Part shown: positions 1 through 8,198 of the stretch, one piece after another
How the letters are laid out: each line of letters opens with the position of its first letter
Position numbering within the stretch: the stretch's first letter is position 1
Source of the DNA: a virus
Taxonomy: Duplodnaviria; Caudoviricetes
Reading direction: 5' to 3' (one strand)
DNA length: 64,000 nucleotides
IMG/VR virus record: IMGVR_UViG_2974506496_000001
Location: 192,001 to 256,000 of that record
Notes under the pieces: model-generated
What the model was told of the DNA's origin: nothing
What the model saw: only the letters and a program-made list of their open reading frames with translations
Database searches by the model: none
Translations under genes and position numbers: made by a program

Positions 1-186
1 GAAGAGATCCAGCTCACCCCGCGTCAACAACTGATGCTGCTGGACTCCTTACTGAACCTGAACACCCGTCCTGAACAAGCAAAGAAAATTGTTAAAGTAC
101 GTTCAACCAAAGAGATCGTTGACTTGGCTGCGCAGTATGCGAGCGACAACCGTCGTATCGAAGCTCCGCTGGCCTTGTTCCGCTAA
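1..186 (+). CDS. 3' end of a gene starting before the window (hypothetical protein)
   Basis: Frame 1 is open from base 1 to TAA at 184-186 (EEIQLTPRQQ...APLALFR) and is followed by a terminator. Confidence 0.7.
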   Translation, partial: EEIQLTPRQQLMLLDSLLNLNTRPEQAKKIVKVRSTKEIVDLAAQYASDNRRIEAPLALFR

Positions 187-220
187 TGTAAGCTGTAGTG
201 TATTGGTCACCTCATGACCG

Positions 221-252
221 GAGCTCACCCTAACCGGTGGGCTCTTTTTTTT
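221..252 (+). terminator. Intrinsic terminator
   Basis: GAGCTCACC-loop-GGTGGGCTC stem followed by T8. Confidence 0.8.
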
Positions 253-309
253 GTCTTCTTTTTTTTTGTTCGGGGATTATATGTAGTCCATATTAGCTAA
301 GAGGACATT

Positions 310-714
310 ATGGCAGAGCGTGTAGTTCCAACCATGTCCGTAACCGGGTACGTAACCGGCGTGACTGAAACCATTGACCGGATGTTTGCCTACTGGCTGA
401 CCGCACAATACTCTCAAACGTATCTTGCTCGCGGTAACATTCACTCCCTTCAATATTTGATCCAGCAGTATGACGGTAACCCAGAACGTCTGTGTGATGC
501 GGTGGTGAAAGACCTCAAGAACTATTTTACGGGTCCGTTTGATGCCGCCACGGTTACCTGTAATCCACGTTATGCGACCAGTGAGCGTGATGAGAAGTTC
601 TATATGCTGGAGATCGATATCAAAGTTTCTAATGGCGATATCGGTTATGATGTTGGTCGCCGTCTGCTAGAGATTGAAGACGGTATCTTTAAACGCATTG
701 TAGGTACTCTGTAA
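310..714 (+). CDS. Conserved phiKZ-like hypothetical protein (possibly structural)
   Basis: 134-aa ORF with GAGGA RBS, upstream of the SbcD block. Confidence 0.65.
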   Translation: MAERVVPTMSVTGYVTGVTETIDRMFAYWLTAQYSQTYLARGNIHSLQYLIQQYDGNPERLCDAVVKDLKNYFTGPFDAATVTCNPRYATSERDEKFYMLEIDIKVSNGDIGYDVGRRLLEIEDGIFKRIVGTL

Positions 715-1316
715 TGGCACAAACCGAACACGATAAAATGATGCACCAGCGGGCAGGGTCGATTGAGCGTCGACTGGCACAGGCCGCCCAGCATGAACGT
801 AATCCCCAAATCCAGGAAGCGGAGTTCACACGGGTATTCCTGCCGATGTTTGTTGGCGGGGGCGAATACATTAATCAGGATGCTTGGGTAGCGGTTGCCG
901 GTTCTGTTAATAATGAAGTCGATGTCTTCCGCGGGCAAGAGTATCTTTATACCCTGCCAGCCTTAGCCATCCCGATTCGCTCTGAGATCTCCAGTCGTAG
1001 CCAGAATGGTCGCATGGGTGATAACTGGATGGGCACAGGCTTAAACGCCGCAGACGATCCAGGCTCAATTGAGAGCGTGATGTCGATCGATGCCAAGGGT
1101 AAACAGGTTGCGTTAGCCAGTACTGCTGAGGAGCACATGGCACGCTGGGATGAGGTGTTCAAACGTTACGGGCTGGACTACCGCGTAATCCGTGCTGACC
1201 TCCATGAACGTAAAACAGGTCAGAAAGTTAATCCCAACATTATCGATCAATCAGATAAGGCATTAGCGACTAAACAGGTTGAGCTCGATGACAACGGTGA
1301 TTACGAAGACTACTAA
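714..1316 (+). CDS. Hypothetical protein
   Basis: 200-aa ORF coupled to the upstream gene by a TAATG overlap; acidic C-terminus. Confidence 0.7.
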   Translation: MAQTEHDKMMHQRAGSIERRLAQAAQHERNPQIQEAEFTRVFLPMFVGGGEYINQDAWVAVAGSVNNEVDVFRGQEYLYTLPALAIPIRSEISSRSQNGRMGDNWMGTGLNAADDPGSIESVMSIDAKGKQVALASTAEEHMARWDEVFKRYGLDYRVIRADLHERKTGQKVNPNIIDQSDKALATKQVELDDNGDYEDY

Positions 1317-1326
1317 AAAACCTGGC

Positions 1327-2433
1327 ATGGTACGGATTATTCAGACAGGCGATATTCACCTCTGTCATAAGCGCACCCCAACGGCGAACATTATCCGTAC
1401 ACTGAACTACATCTTTTATGAAAACGAATCCTTGGCTGAAACTGACCTTATCATCCTTGCCGGGGATGTCTGGGATACTCTGGTGACCATGCCTAATGAC
1501 GATGCATTATTAGCTCGTCAATGGATTCGTAAGTTTGTCGAAGATTGCGCACAACACAATGTGATTTTAGATGTGTTAGAAGGCACTCCTGACCATGATT
1601 GGGAGCAGTCTTCTGAGTTCACCCTCTTTGAAACCAGTTGTGAAGTGCGCTACATCAAAACCCTGCAGATTGTCCGTCATGAGCACTTGGATTTAAATAT
1701 CCTTTATGTGCCCGATGAATGGCGCCCAACCATTGAAGCGATCTGGGAAGATGTGTGTGTGGCGATGACTGAAGCCGGACTGGATAAGGTGGATGTCGCA
1801 GTGGTGCACGGGGGATTTGATTTTAACTTCCCGCCAGAATACAACATCAAAGGCCACAGCGCTGAGCGCTTTAGCAGCATTGTCAAACATGCGGTGTTTG
1901 CTAACCACATCCACAAAGCCCAGAGCTTTATGAAAGTGCACGGTCCAGGTTCACCGGATCGATTAGCACAGGGTGAGGAAGGGGACAAAGGTTACCATCG
2001 GGTGGTGATTGATCAGAAGACCGATCAGATGCGCATCCAGTGGATTAAGAACCCACATGCCTGGACCCATATCGCAATCAACGTTGCAGATATGTCGGTT
2101 GAGGAGATCGTCGCCAAAGCCAAAGCGATCGCAGCACCACTAAGAGCCGGCAGTTATCTGCGTTTTGATAACGGTGATCCCTTAGTGGTGAAAGCGGTAC
2201 TGTGGGCATTGAAAGCAGAAATCCCGCATGTGATCTTGGAATACAAAAACAAGAAGCAAGCAGGGATCACTCAAACGCACCAAACTTATGCCAAGAAGTT
2301 TTCTGGCACCCACATTAACCGCAACAATGCCAAAGAGTCGATCGTCGGCTGGTTGCAGGGTAAAGGGTTAACGGACGACTCACAGGGTCAGTATTTAAGT
2401 GATATCTTACAGCGCGCCATGGCGCTGAAGTAG
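1327..2433 (+). CDS. sbcD: SbcD/Mre11-like metallophosphoesterase nuclease
   Basis: Calcineurin-like motifs GDIH, AGD, GTPDHD, HG and NHIH. Start set at ATG 1327; 1288 is possible. Confidence 0.85.
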   Translation: MVRIIQTGDIHLCHKRTPTANIIRTLNYIFYENESLAETDLIILAGDVWDTLVTMPNDDALLARQWIRKFVEDCAQHNVILDVLEGTPDHDWEQSSEFTLFETSCEVRYIKTLQIVRHEHLDLNILYVPDEWRPTIEAIWEDVCVAMTEAGLDKVDVAVVHGGFDFNFPPEYNIKGHSAERFSSIVKHAVFANHIHKAQSFMKVHGPGSPDRLAQGEEGDKGYHRVVIDQKTDQMRIQWIKNPHAWTHIAINVADMSVEEIVAKAKAIAAPLRAGSYLRFDNGDPLVVKAVLWALKAEIPHVILEYKNKKQAGITQTHQTYAKKFSGTHINRNNAKESIVGWLQGKGLTDDSQGQYLSDILQRAMALK

Positions 2434-2443
2434 TGAGGGTGTT

Positions 2444-3244
2444 ATGGCTGACAGGACCATGGGGATCTTGCCGATGTCAGTCGGCACCTCCCTTTCATTT
2501 GAAGCATTAATGGCAAAACCCGTTGAACCGATTGAAACCTTAGTGCTGAACATCGGGACCATCTTTCGTAATGTCTATCAGGCGTATGATACCGATGACC
2601 GCGATCGCTTAGGGATTGATAAGTTGCATGACGATATGATTGCAGATATGTCAGCGATTTACGACATCTTAAAAGACATCGGGAAAGCGGGTGTGCCAGA
2701 TTACAAACTGTATCACGGGCGCTATGAACGGTTAGCTTCCGCCTTTCCACTGGCGAAGATCTGGGAGCCTTCTTCGGATATTCAGAAGACGTACGCACGA
2801 CTTGAACGCAACGTCCTGGAGAAGGTGATCAAGACAATGCGGGGGTTAGTGCAAGAGGTGGATCACACCTTACCGATTTCCGTAAAGAATACCTATGTGA
2901 TGACCCATCACATCGTAGACCTGGTTGTGCCGGCTGGTTACGGTGAGATTACGTTGGTGGAATCCCATACAGGCGCCTTGAAGAAGAAACCGTTATGGCA
3001 TACCAAACTCACCAACGGGCGTTCGCTTGAGCGTATTCCGTTTAACCGACTGACCTTGCAGGTGTTCGGTGATAACTCTGTGAACTTCAAAGCCAACAGC
3101 TTTAAATACAAAGCGGCACTGATGAAGCTTGCAGAGGAGAACAAGTGGACACCCATGGCAACCCGTGATCGTATCAAGCTTGGCATTGAAACGTTAAAGG
3201 ACGCGCAGCTGAAAGCGGACTTGTCAAAAATGCTCAGTGTATAA
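2444..3244 (+). CDS. Conserved jumbo-phage core protein (function uncertain)
   Basis: 266-aa ORF with GAGGG RBS, between SbcD and the gp68-like gene as in phiKZ-type gene order. Confidence 0.7.
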   Translation: MADRTMGILPMSVGTSLSFEALMAKPVEPIETLVLNIGTIFRNVYQAYDTDDRDRLGIDKLHDDMIADMSAIYDILKDIGKAGVPDYKLYHGRYERLASAFPLAKIWEPSSDIQKTYARLERNVLEKVIKTMRGLVQEVDHTLPISVKNTYVMTHHIVDLVVPAGYGEITLVESHTGALKKKPLWHTKLTNGRSLERIPFNRLTLQVFGDNSVNFKANSFKYKAALMKLAEENKWTPMATRDRIKLGIETLKDAQLKADLSKMLSV

Positions 3245-3307
3245 ATCAACATAACTGCTCTAACTTTATAGAGCAGTATAACTAATTAGTCCTAAAAGGA
3301 GCAACAC

Positions 3308-4078
3308 ATGGCTGGTCCACAGCGTCAATTTAAAGCTCGTGAAAAATCTTACTTGAGCGAGTACTCGATGAACCTTCAGGGCCCGGTGCAAGCTGGCGCT
3401 CAGTTCCCTGCTGAATTCCGCATGGCCTTTGCAGCCAACAAAGTGGCCATTCAGGTTGAAACCAAAAACCGCGATAACAAAAATAACGGTCGCTTTGAAA
3501 TCGTTGTTCCTTATCTGGGCGCTATCGGTGTGCTGAATACGATCGACAAGCTTATTCAGGACAAAGCACGCAGTAAGCTGCAATACAAAGTGAAAGACTT
3601 CGTTTACTTCGGTAAAGGTAACAAGTCTGACTCACCAATGATCAAAGGCACCCTGACTGTAGGGCGTGATAACGAAGGCTGTCTCTATATCGGCATGTCC
3701 GGTAAAGACATCACCCCAATCAAATTCATCTTCGCCCTGCCGGCGCATGATGAACTGTGCGATGACTCAGGTCAGCGTCTGGGTGATGCTGAGCACTCTG
3801 AGTTTGCTGCGAAGAACTTCGTGGTCGGTTACCTGGGTCTGCTGCCAGTGGTGATGGGTATTCACTATACCCCACCTGAACCGAAGAACCCAGATGGCGG
3901 TAATGGCGGTGGCGGTGGTCAAGGCGGTGGCGGCTGGGGCGGTAATGGCGGCGGGAACCGTGGCGGTGGTAATGGCGGGGGAAACCAGTACGGCCAAGGC
4001 GGCAATCAGGGCGGCGGGAACGCCTCTGGTTCTGGTAGCAGCGGCGGCGGTGACTTCGCAGATGACCTGCCTTTCTAA
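3308..4078 (+). CDS. Putative ssDNA-binding protein with Gly-rich linker and acidic DFADDLPF tail
   Basis: AAGGAG RBS; about 60-aa G/N-rich linker; C-terminus resembles the E. coli SSB tail DFDDDIPF. Confidence 0.6.
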   Translation: MAGPQRQFKAREKSYLSEYSMNLQGPVQAGAQFPAEFRMAFAANKVAIQVETKNRDNKNNGRFEIVVPYLGAIGVLNTIDKLIQDKARSKLQYKVKDFVYFGKGNKSDSPMIKGTLTVGRDNEGCLYIGMSGKDITPIKFIFALPAHDELCDDSGQRLGDAEHSEFAAKNFVVGYLGLLPVVMGIHYTPPEPKNPDGGNGGGGGQGGGGWGGNGGGNRGGGNGGGNQYGQGGNQGGGNASGSGSSGGGDFADDLPF

Positions 4079-4130
4079 ATAGACAGGACGATGAATTCAG
4101 CATAAGTCATTGTCTGGGTTCATCCACAAC

Positions 4131-4161
4131 AGAGGAGGGTGAAAACCCTCCTCTTGTGCCG
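4131..4161 (+). terminator. Hairpin with TTGTGCCG tail (variant of the hairpin-TATGCCG family)
   Basis: AGAGGAGGGT-GAAA-ACCCTCCTCT then TGTGCCG. Confidence 0.7.
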
Positions 4162-4479
4162 TCCACGGACTGGGCTATAGCTCACGCTTACTCCCCAGGG
4201 TATGGGCGATTCAAACGCCGACATTTCAGGAAGAATACGCGCAAGCGACCCCCACGGCCATGTAAGAATAAAAGTAAGTTGATGAAGGTGGCTCAGAGTA
4301 AGTTGGGTTATGCGATCATGACAGGCAGGGTAATCAGGCAGGCAGTATGTGATGAGTGTGAGGCGGATGAACGTATCGAGCCTTTGCAAGTCAATTATGC
4401 TAAGCCGTATATCGTGCTGTGGCTTTGTCCACGTTGTCATGCTGACTGGTACCTGACAAATGAGCCGGCGTACAGCTGA
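4156..4479 (+). CDS. Small Zn-binding HNH-like protein, apparently degenerate
   Basis: CDEC...YAKP..VLWLCPRCH pattern. Start uncertain (GTG 4156 or ATG 4282). Confidence 0.5.
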   Translation: MPSTDWAIAHAYSPGYGRFKRRHFRKNTRKRPPRPCKNKSKLMKVAQSKLGYAIMTGRVIRQAVCDECEADERIEPLQVNYAKPYIVLWLCPRCHADWYLTNEPAYS

Positions 4480-4501
4480 GGGTTTCGGCCCTCCTTTATG
4501 A
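4478..4501 (+). terminator. Hairpin with CTTTATGA tail
   Basis: GAGGGT-TTCG-GCCCTC then CTTTATG. Confidence 0.6.
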
Positions 4502-4510
4502 TACCAAGAG

Positions 4511-4909
4511 GTGACAATGTTTGAAGAACCGACACATGTTCGTTATGCATTGGTAACCCGCCCTCAACACGATGAGAAGGTAACACTGACACCCTGTGAT
4601 AATCTGATCGAAGCGGTACACAAACAAGACCGTTACGATTCGATTGCTTCTGTGGTGATCTGTGATGACTTCAAAGCGCAGGCGGTGGATGTCCGGTTAC
4701 ACTTTATCACGGGTCCGGATGACTCGGCGTACCGTGCAAAGGAAATGTTACTGGCTTCTTTTATACGCCAGAACAATGGTTGGATTCCCCGTCATGTTAC
4801 GGGCTGTATGATAGACGCTTTTGATGACGAGACCCTTACCTTCATCCAAAGCCTACTATCTTTCTTTGATTCACACAGAACCAATTTTGCTCGTTCGCTT
4901 GCTTCGTAA
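4511..4909 (+). CDS. Hypothetical protein
   Basis: 132-aa ORF; AAGAGG RBS suggests a start at ATG 4517. Confidence 0.6.
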   Translation: MTMFEEPTHVRYALVTRPQHDEKVTLTPCDNLIEAVHKQDRYDSIASVVICDDFKAQAVDVRLHFITGPDDSAYRAKEMLLASFIRQNNGWIPRHVTGCMIDAFDDETLTFIQSLLSFFDSHRTNFARSLAS

Positions 4910-4917
4910 TTTTTATT

Positions 4918-4953
4918 GCTGGATGCGGTAAACCCGCTCCAGCCCTTATGCCG
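4918..4953 (+). terminator. Hairpin with CCTTATGCCG tail
   Basis: GCTGGATGCGG-TAAAC-CCGCTCCAGC then CCTTATGCCG. Confidence 0.7.
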
Positions 4954-5009
4954 CCTGTAATATCGTACATTATTCTACTATCTATTAGAGGAACAAATAA
5001 TCTTAAATA

Positions 5010-5028
5010 TTTACAAGCCTACATTATC
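5010..5028 (+). promoter_or_regulatory. Candidate early (virion RNAP) promoter CCTACATTAT
   Basis: Same motif recurs at 10159, 21353 and 29011; it resembles the phiKZ early consensus TATATTAC. Confidence 0.5.
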
Positions 5029-5086
5029 AACATGTCATAGCAGTATGTGATTTAACCTACCGTGTGATCACCGGGAGCAGCCACCA

Positions 5087-6631
5087 ATGATGTTTAAGTA
5101 CACCACCAAATCGACCTCTGAGAAGGTATGGTTAAACACAATCATAGTTGTCAGTCGTCATGGCGAAGAGATTGTGTTTAACGAAAACAACTTCTTCAAG
5201 TCGGAAGAGAAGGACCACAAAGGAACCTTCGACGAACTGAATCTCTATCTCTTGCGTTGCCTGAGTAACGAGCAACGTGACCGGATGTTTGAGTTCTATA
5301 AGCAAATCAGCTATATCCTGAAAACGGAACTGTCGGTCACGAAGGTCCTTCTGCCAAAGTTGCAGCCTTTGGTTAAAGGGATCTACGACCTGGTTAGCTT
5401 AAGCGACCTGAACGTCTTCATGTATGAAAACAAACTGACGCACATTCCGAACAGCGTACTGGATACCATCCCGTCCTCGAAAGAGTACCCGACGATGACC
5501 ACGTATGTGAAAGCGGATTACGTTAAGCTGGTTAACCTGTCGGTGTTGTTGCATCTGATGGCGCCGATCATCGCGGACTATGTCAGCAAGGTCAGTGAGT
5601 CAACCGGCAAGCAGTTTAAAGAACACGCCGCCTTACCGTTACTGGAATACACCAACATCATGTATTCTGATGAGATGGTCAAGCTGCGTAACTTCGTGAC
5701 CGCCAACTGCAGTAAAAAGCCGGTGCCGTTATCAGCCACCTTAGAAGGGATGTCAGAAGAGTCGTTCCCGGATTGGATGCTGGCGTCGGTCATTGCACGT
5801 AAGCTGTGTATCAACCATGTACGGCGTGGGGATGAGAACGGACACCTGGTCGCTGCGGTGTTTGCCTACATCAACTACAACATCAAACTGGATGGTAAGT
5901 TTGGTGGCGGAGTCATGCCAAAGAAAGAGCGTCGGGGTCTGGGAGAAGATGAACGCGAGAAAGCGGTCATTGATAACTGGAAGATGAAAGAGGATGTGGA
6001 CAAGATCGATATCTTAGCCTGTGCTGTTGGCTTTGATGATCCGGTTGCTGCTGCCAAATTCATTGAGCCTGACATCGATCCAAACATGGTGATCCGTTGC
6101 CTGAATGCGATTCCACAAGCCTGGAACTTCAGCATGACTCGTCATCAGAGCATTCTGTTGCAGTGGGTAGTGGGTGAGCTTCTGCCGCATATCGGTGATA
6201 CGTATGTGCCGCCGTTGACCGTTGAGTATTACGATTACGATGTCTGCGTGAAGTTGGTCGGGATTGCACAAGCGGTACTGTGGCATCGGGGTTATCCGAA
6301 GCTTGCAGTGTTTGCTGCGACTTATCCGTCTGAAGTGGATGCCGGCGGGATGCCGAATGCCGTGATGCCATTAGAACTGAAAGTGATGGCAGAGCTGGAA
6401 GCGTATTACGGTAATGTGCGTCTGGGTAAACGTCAGGACAGCAGCGATGGCTTGGTGCATAAAACCATCAACACCATGGTTACCTCATTGTTAGAAGATG
6501 ATTATCAGGTCGTAGGCCCTGATGAATTGTTAGCGTTATCTGGGGTGGTAGATTTCGAACGTCGAATCGTCATTCCTGAAAGCCTATATTACGATATTGC
6601 TGGCTACATTCGTTTCTTAGCCACTCGTTAA
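5087..6631 (+). CDS. Non-virion RNA polymerase promoter-specificity subunit (phiKZ gp68-like)
   Basis: 514 aa; size and position (three co-directional genes upstream of nvRNAP beta-C) match phiKZ gp68. Called by synteny. Confidence 0.7.
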   Translation: MMFKYTTKSTSEKVWLNTIIVVSRHGEEIVFNENNFFKSEEKDHKGTFDELNLYLLRCLSNEQRDRMFEFYKQISYILKTELSVTKVLLPKLQPLVKGIYDLVSLSDLNVFMYENKLTHIPNSVLDTIPSSKEYPTMTTYVKADYVKLVNLSVLLHLMAPIIADYVSKVSESTGKQFKEHAALPLLEYTNIMYSDEMVKLRNFVTANCSKKPVPLSATLEGMSEESFPDWMLASVIARKLCINHVRRGDENGHLVAAVFAYINYNIKLDGKFGGGVMPKKERRGLGEDEREKAVIDNWKMKEDVDKIDILACAVGFDDPVAAAKFIEPDIDPNMVIRCLNAIPQAWNFSMTRHQSILLQWVVGELLPHIGDTYVPPLTVEYYDYDVCVKLVGIAQAVLWHRGYPKLAVFAATYPSEVDAGGMPNAVMPLELKVMAELEAYYGNVRLGKRQDSSDGLVHKTINTMVTSLLEDDYQVVGPDELLALSGVVDFERRIVIPESLYYDIAGYIRFLATR

Positions 6632-6666
6632 CTTAATTTAATCTACACCGTTAGGAGTCACCCAAG

Positions 6667-8184
6667 ATGTTACCTACCCAAAACATTCAGTTCGAAGGCT
6701 ATGTTGAGAAAGCTGCTATCTGCCGTACACCAGCTTATCAGGACATGTACCGTCGACCGTACAGCATGAATATCAGTCAGGACACCGCATCCGTTATTGG
6801 TAACATGAGTGCCGGTGTGGATTATTCTCGTGAGCGTTTAGCGCCGATTGCCGCATCGGTCATTGCGCCACAGACTTACGTTGAATCGGTTTGTAACGTA
6901 CCAGAGGGCTGGGGTTCTGAGCGTTGTCTCTTCATTCTGAAGATCGTTCACGGTCGTCCGGGTGACCAGGGTCTGAACAAACGTGTGCAGTATCTGACCG
7001 GCTACACCAGTCACATGGGCATGATGCCAAGTCAGATGCGTGCGAATGATGTTGTTGTTGATGACAACATGCGTCTGTTCTTTAACACCAGTATGCTGTT
7101 TAACGAAACCAGCCATATCGATGGCTATGGTCGTAAGCTCGTCACCGCCATGCCGTTGATGGCAAGTCAGTTGGTAATGGGTCAGCACGGCGGGGTGCAT
7201 GGTCATAACGATCGTACGTTGCGTCCTGAAGATGTTTACTCAGCAATCAATGTTGGGCAACTGATTCAGCAGAACAACCAGTATGATCAAAGCCGTGGTA
7301 CCAATGGTCCGATTGGTCAGCTGTATGATGGTCGTACTGCTTTCCAACCTGGTCAGCCGTATAAGCTTTCTCAGCTGAATAACCTGGTGCCTTCAAACTA
7401 CCTCAGTAAAGTGCTGACCGGTGCAGCCACCGAACAGCTGACCTTAGGTGGTCAACGTGCAAACCCAGCGGATACCAGCAATCAGATCGCAACTGGCCTG
7501 AACGAAGGTTATCTGTCTAACGACCTGACCCTACAGCACATCCTGGATCGCACTGGTCTGCGTGAAAACTGCTCAATCACATTTGGTGAATTGCGTCGTA
7601 TTCTGCCGAACATTGATGCACCGGGTATTTTGACCAAAGCGGGTATGGAAGGTGTCGGTACTGGTCAGGTTGCCGGTGCAGTAGGTGGTGCTGGTTCTGA
7701 ACATCATCAGGGTTCGAACTATGAAACCGTGATTGCCAACATGCTGAACAATGTGACCACTGCACTGATGATGGATCTGATGATCGGCGAGATTCATTGT
7801 AATGGCGGTAACATGACCGTAGCCGATGTGGCGACTGGTACAATGAGCGGTCAGTTCCTGTTGAACACGCCGTACGCAACTTCCTTCGTGGACGGTCGTG
7901 ATGCGGTGGCGTTGTGTGAATCGTTTAAGCTGCGTCTGGTGCGTGAGTTCCTGTCAAGCTTTACCGGCCACAACCACGTGCCAATCGGTTTTGCAATCCA
8001 TGCAAGTCTGATGGCCGAAACGGTTATTGATGTCTCTTACAATAACCAACCGAAGATTCGCTTCGTGTTCCCGGTCTTTGCGAACGCGTCCTATACCCCG
8101 ATTATCACTGGCGATCAGAACACTCTGAACTCCATTGCCGTACACACACGTGAACTGGTCCAGCAGCTGACCAACGTCTTTTAA
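6667..8184 (+). CDS. picA: Phage-nucleus protein import factor PicA/Imp1 (phiKZ gp69-like)
   Basis: 505 aa, AGGAG RBS, directly after the gp68-like gene as in phiKZ. Called by synteny and size; no catalytic motif to confirm. Confidence 0.6.
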   Translation: MLPTQNIQFEGYVEKAAICRTPAYQDMYRRPYSMNISQDTASVIGNMSAGVDYSRERLAPIAASVIAPQTYVESVCNVPEGWGSERCLFILKIVHGRPGDQGLNKRVQYLTGYTSHMGMMPSQMRANDVVVDDNMRLFFNTSMLFNETSHIDGYGRKLVTAMPLMASQLVMGQHGGVHGHNDRTLRPEDVYSAINVGQLIQQNNQYDQSRGTNGPIGQLYDGRTAFQPGQPYKLSQLNNLVPSNYLSKVLTGAATEQLTLGGQRANPADTSNQIATGLNEGYLSNDLTLQHILDRTGLRENCSITFGELRRILPNIDAPGILTKAGMEGVGTGQVAGAVGGAGSEHHQGSNYETVIANMLNNVTTALMMDLMIGEIHCNGGNMTVADVATGTMSGQFLLNTPYATSFVDGRDAVALCESFKLRLVREFLSSFTGHNHVPIGFAIHASLMAETVIDVSYNNQPKIRFVFPVFANASYTPIITGDQNTLNSIAVHTRELVQQLTNVF

Positions 8185-8198
8185 GGAAAAGATAAACC

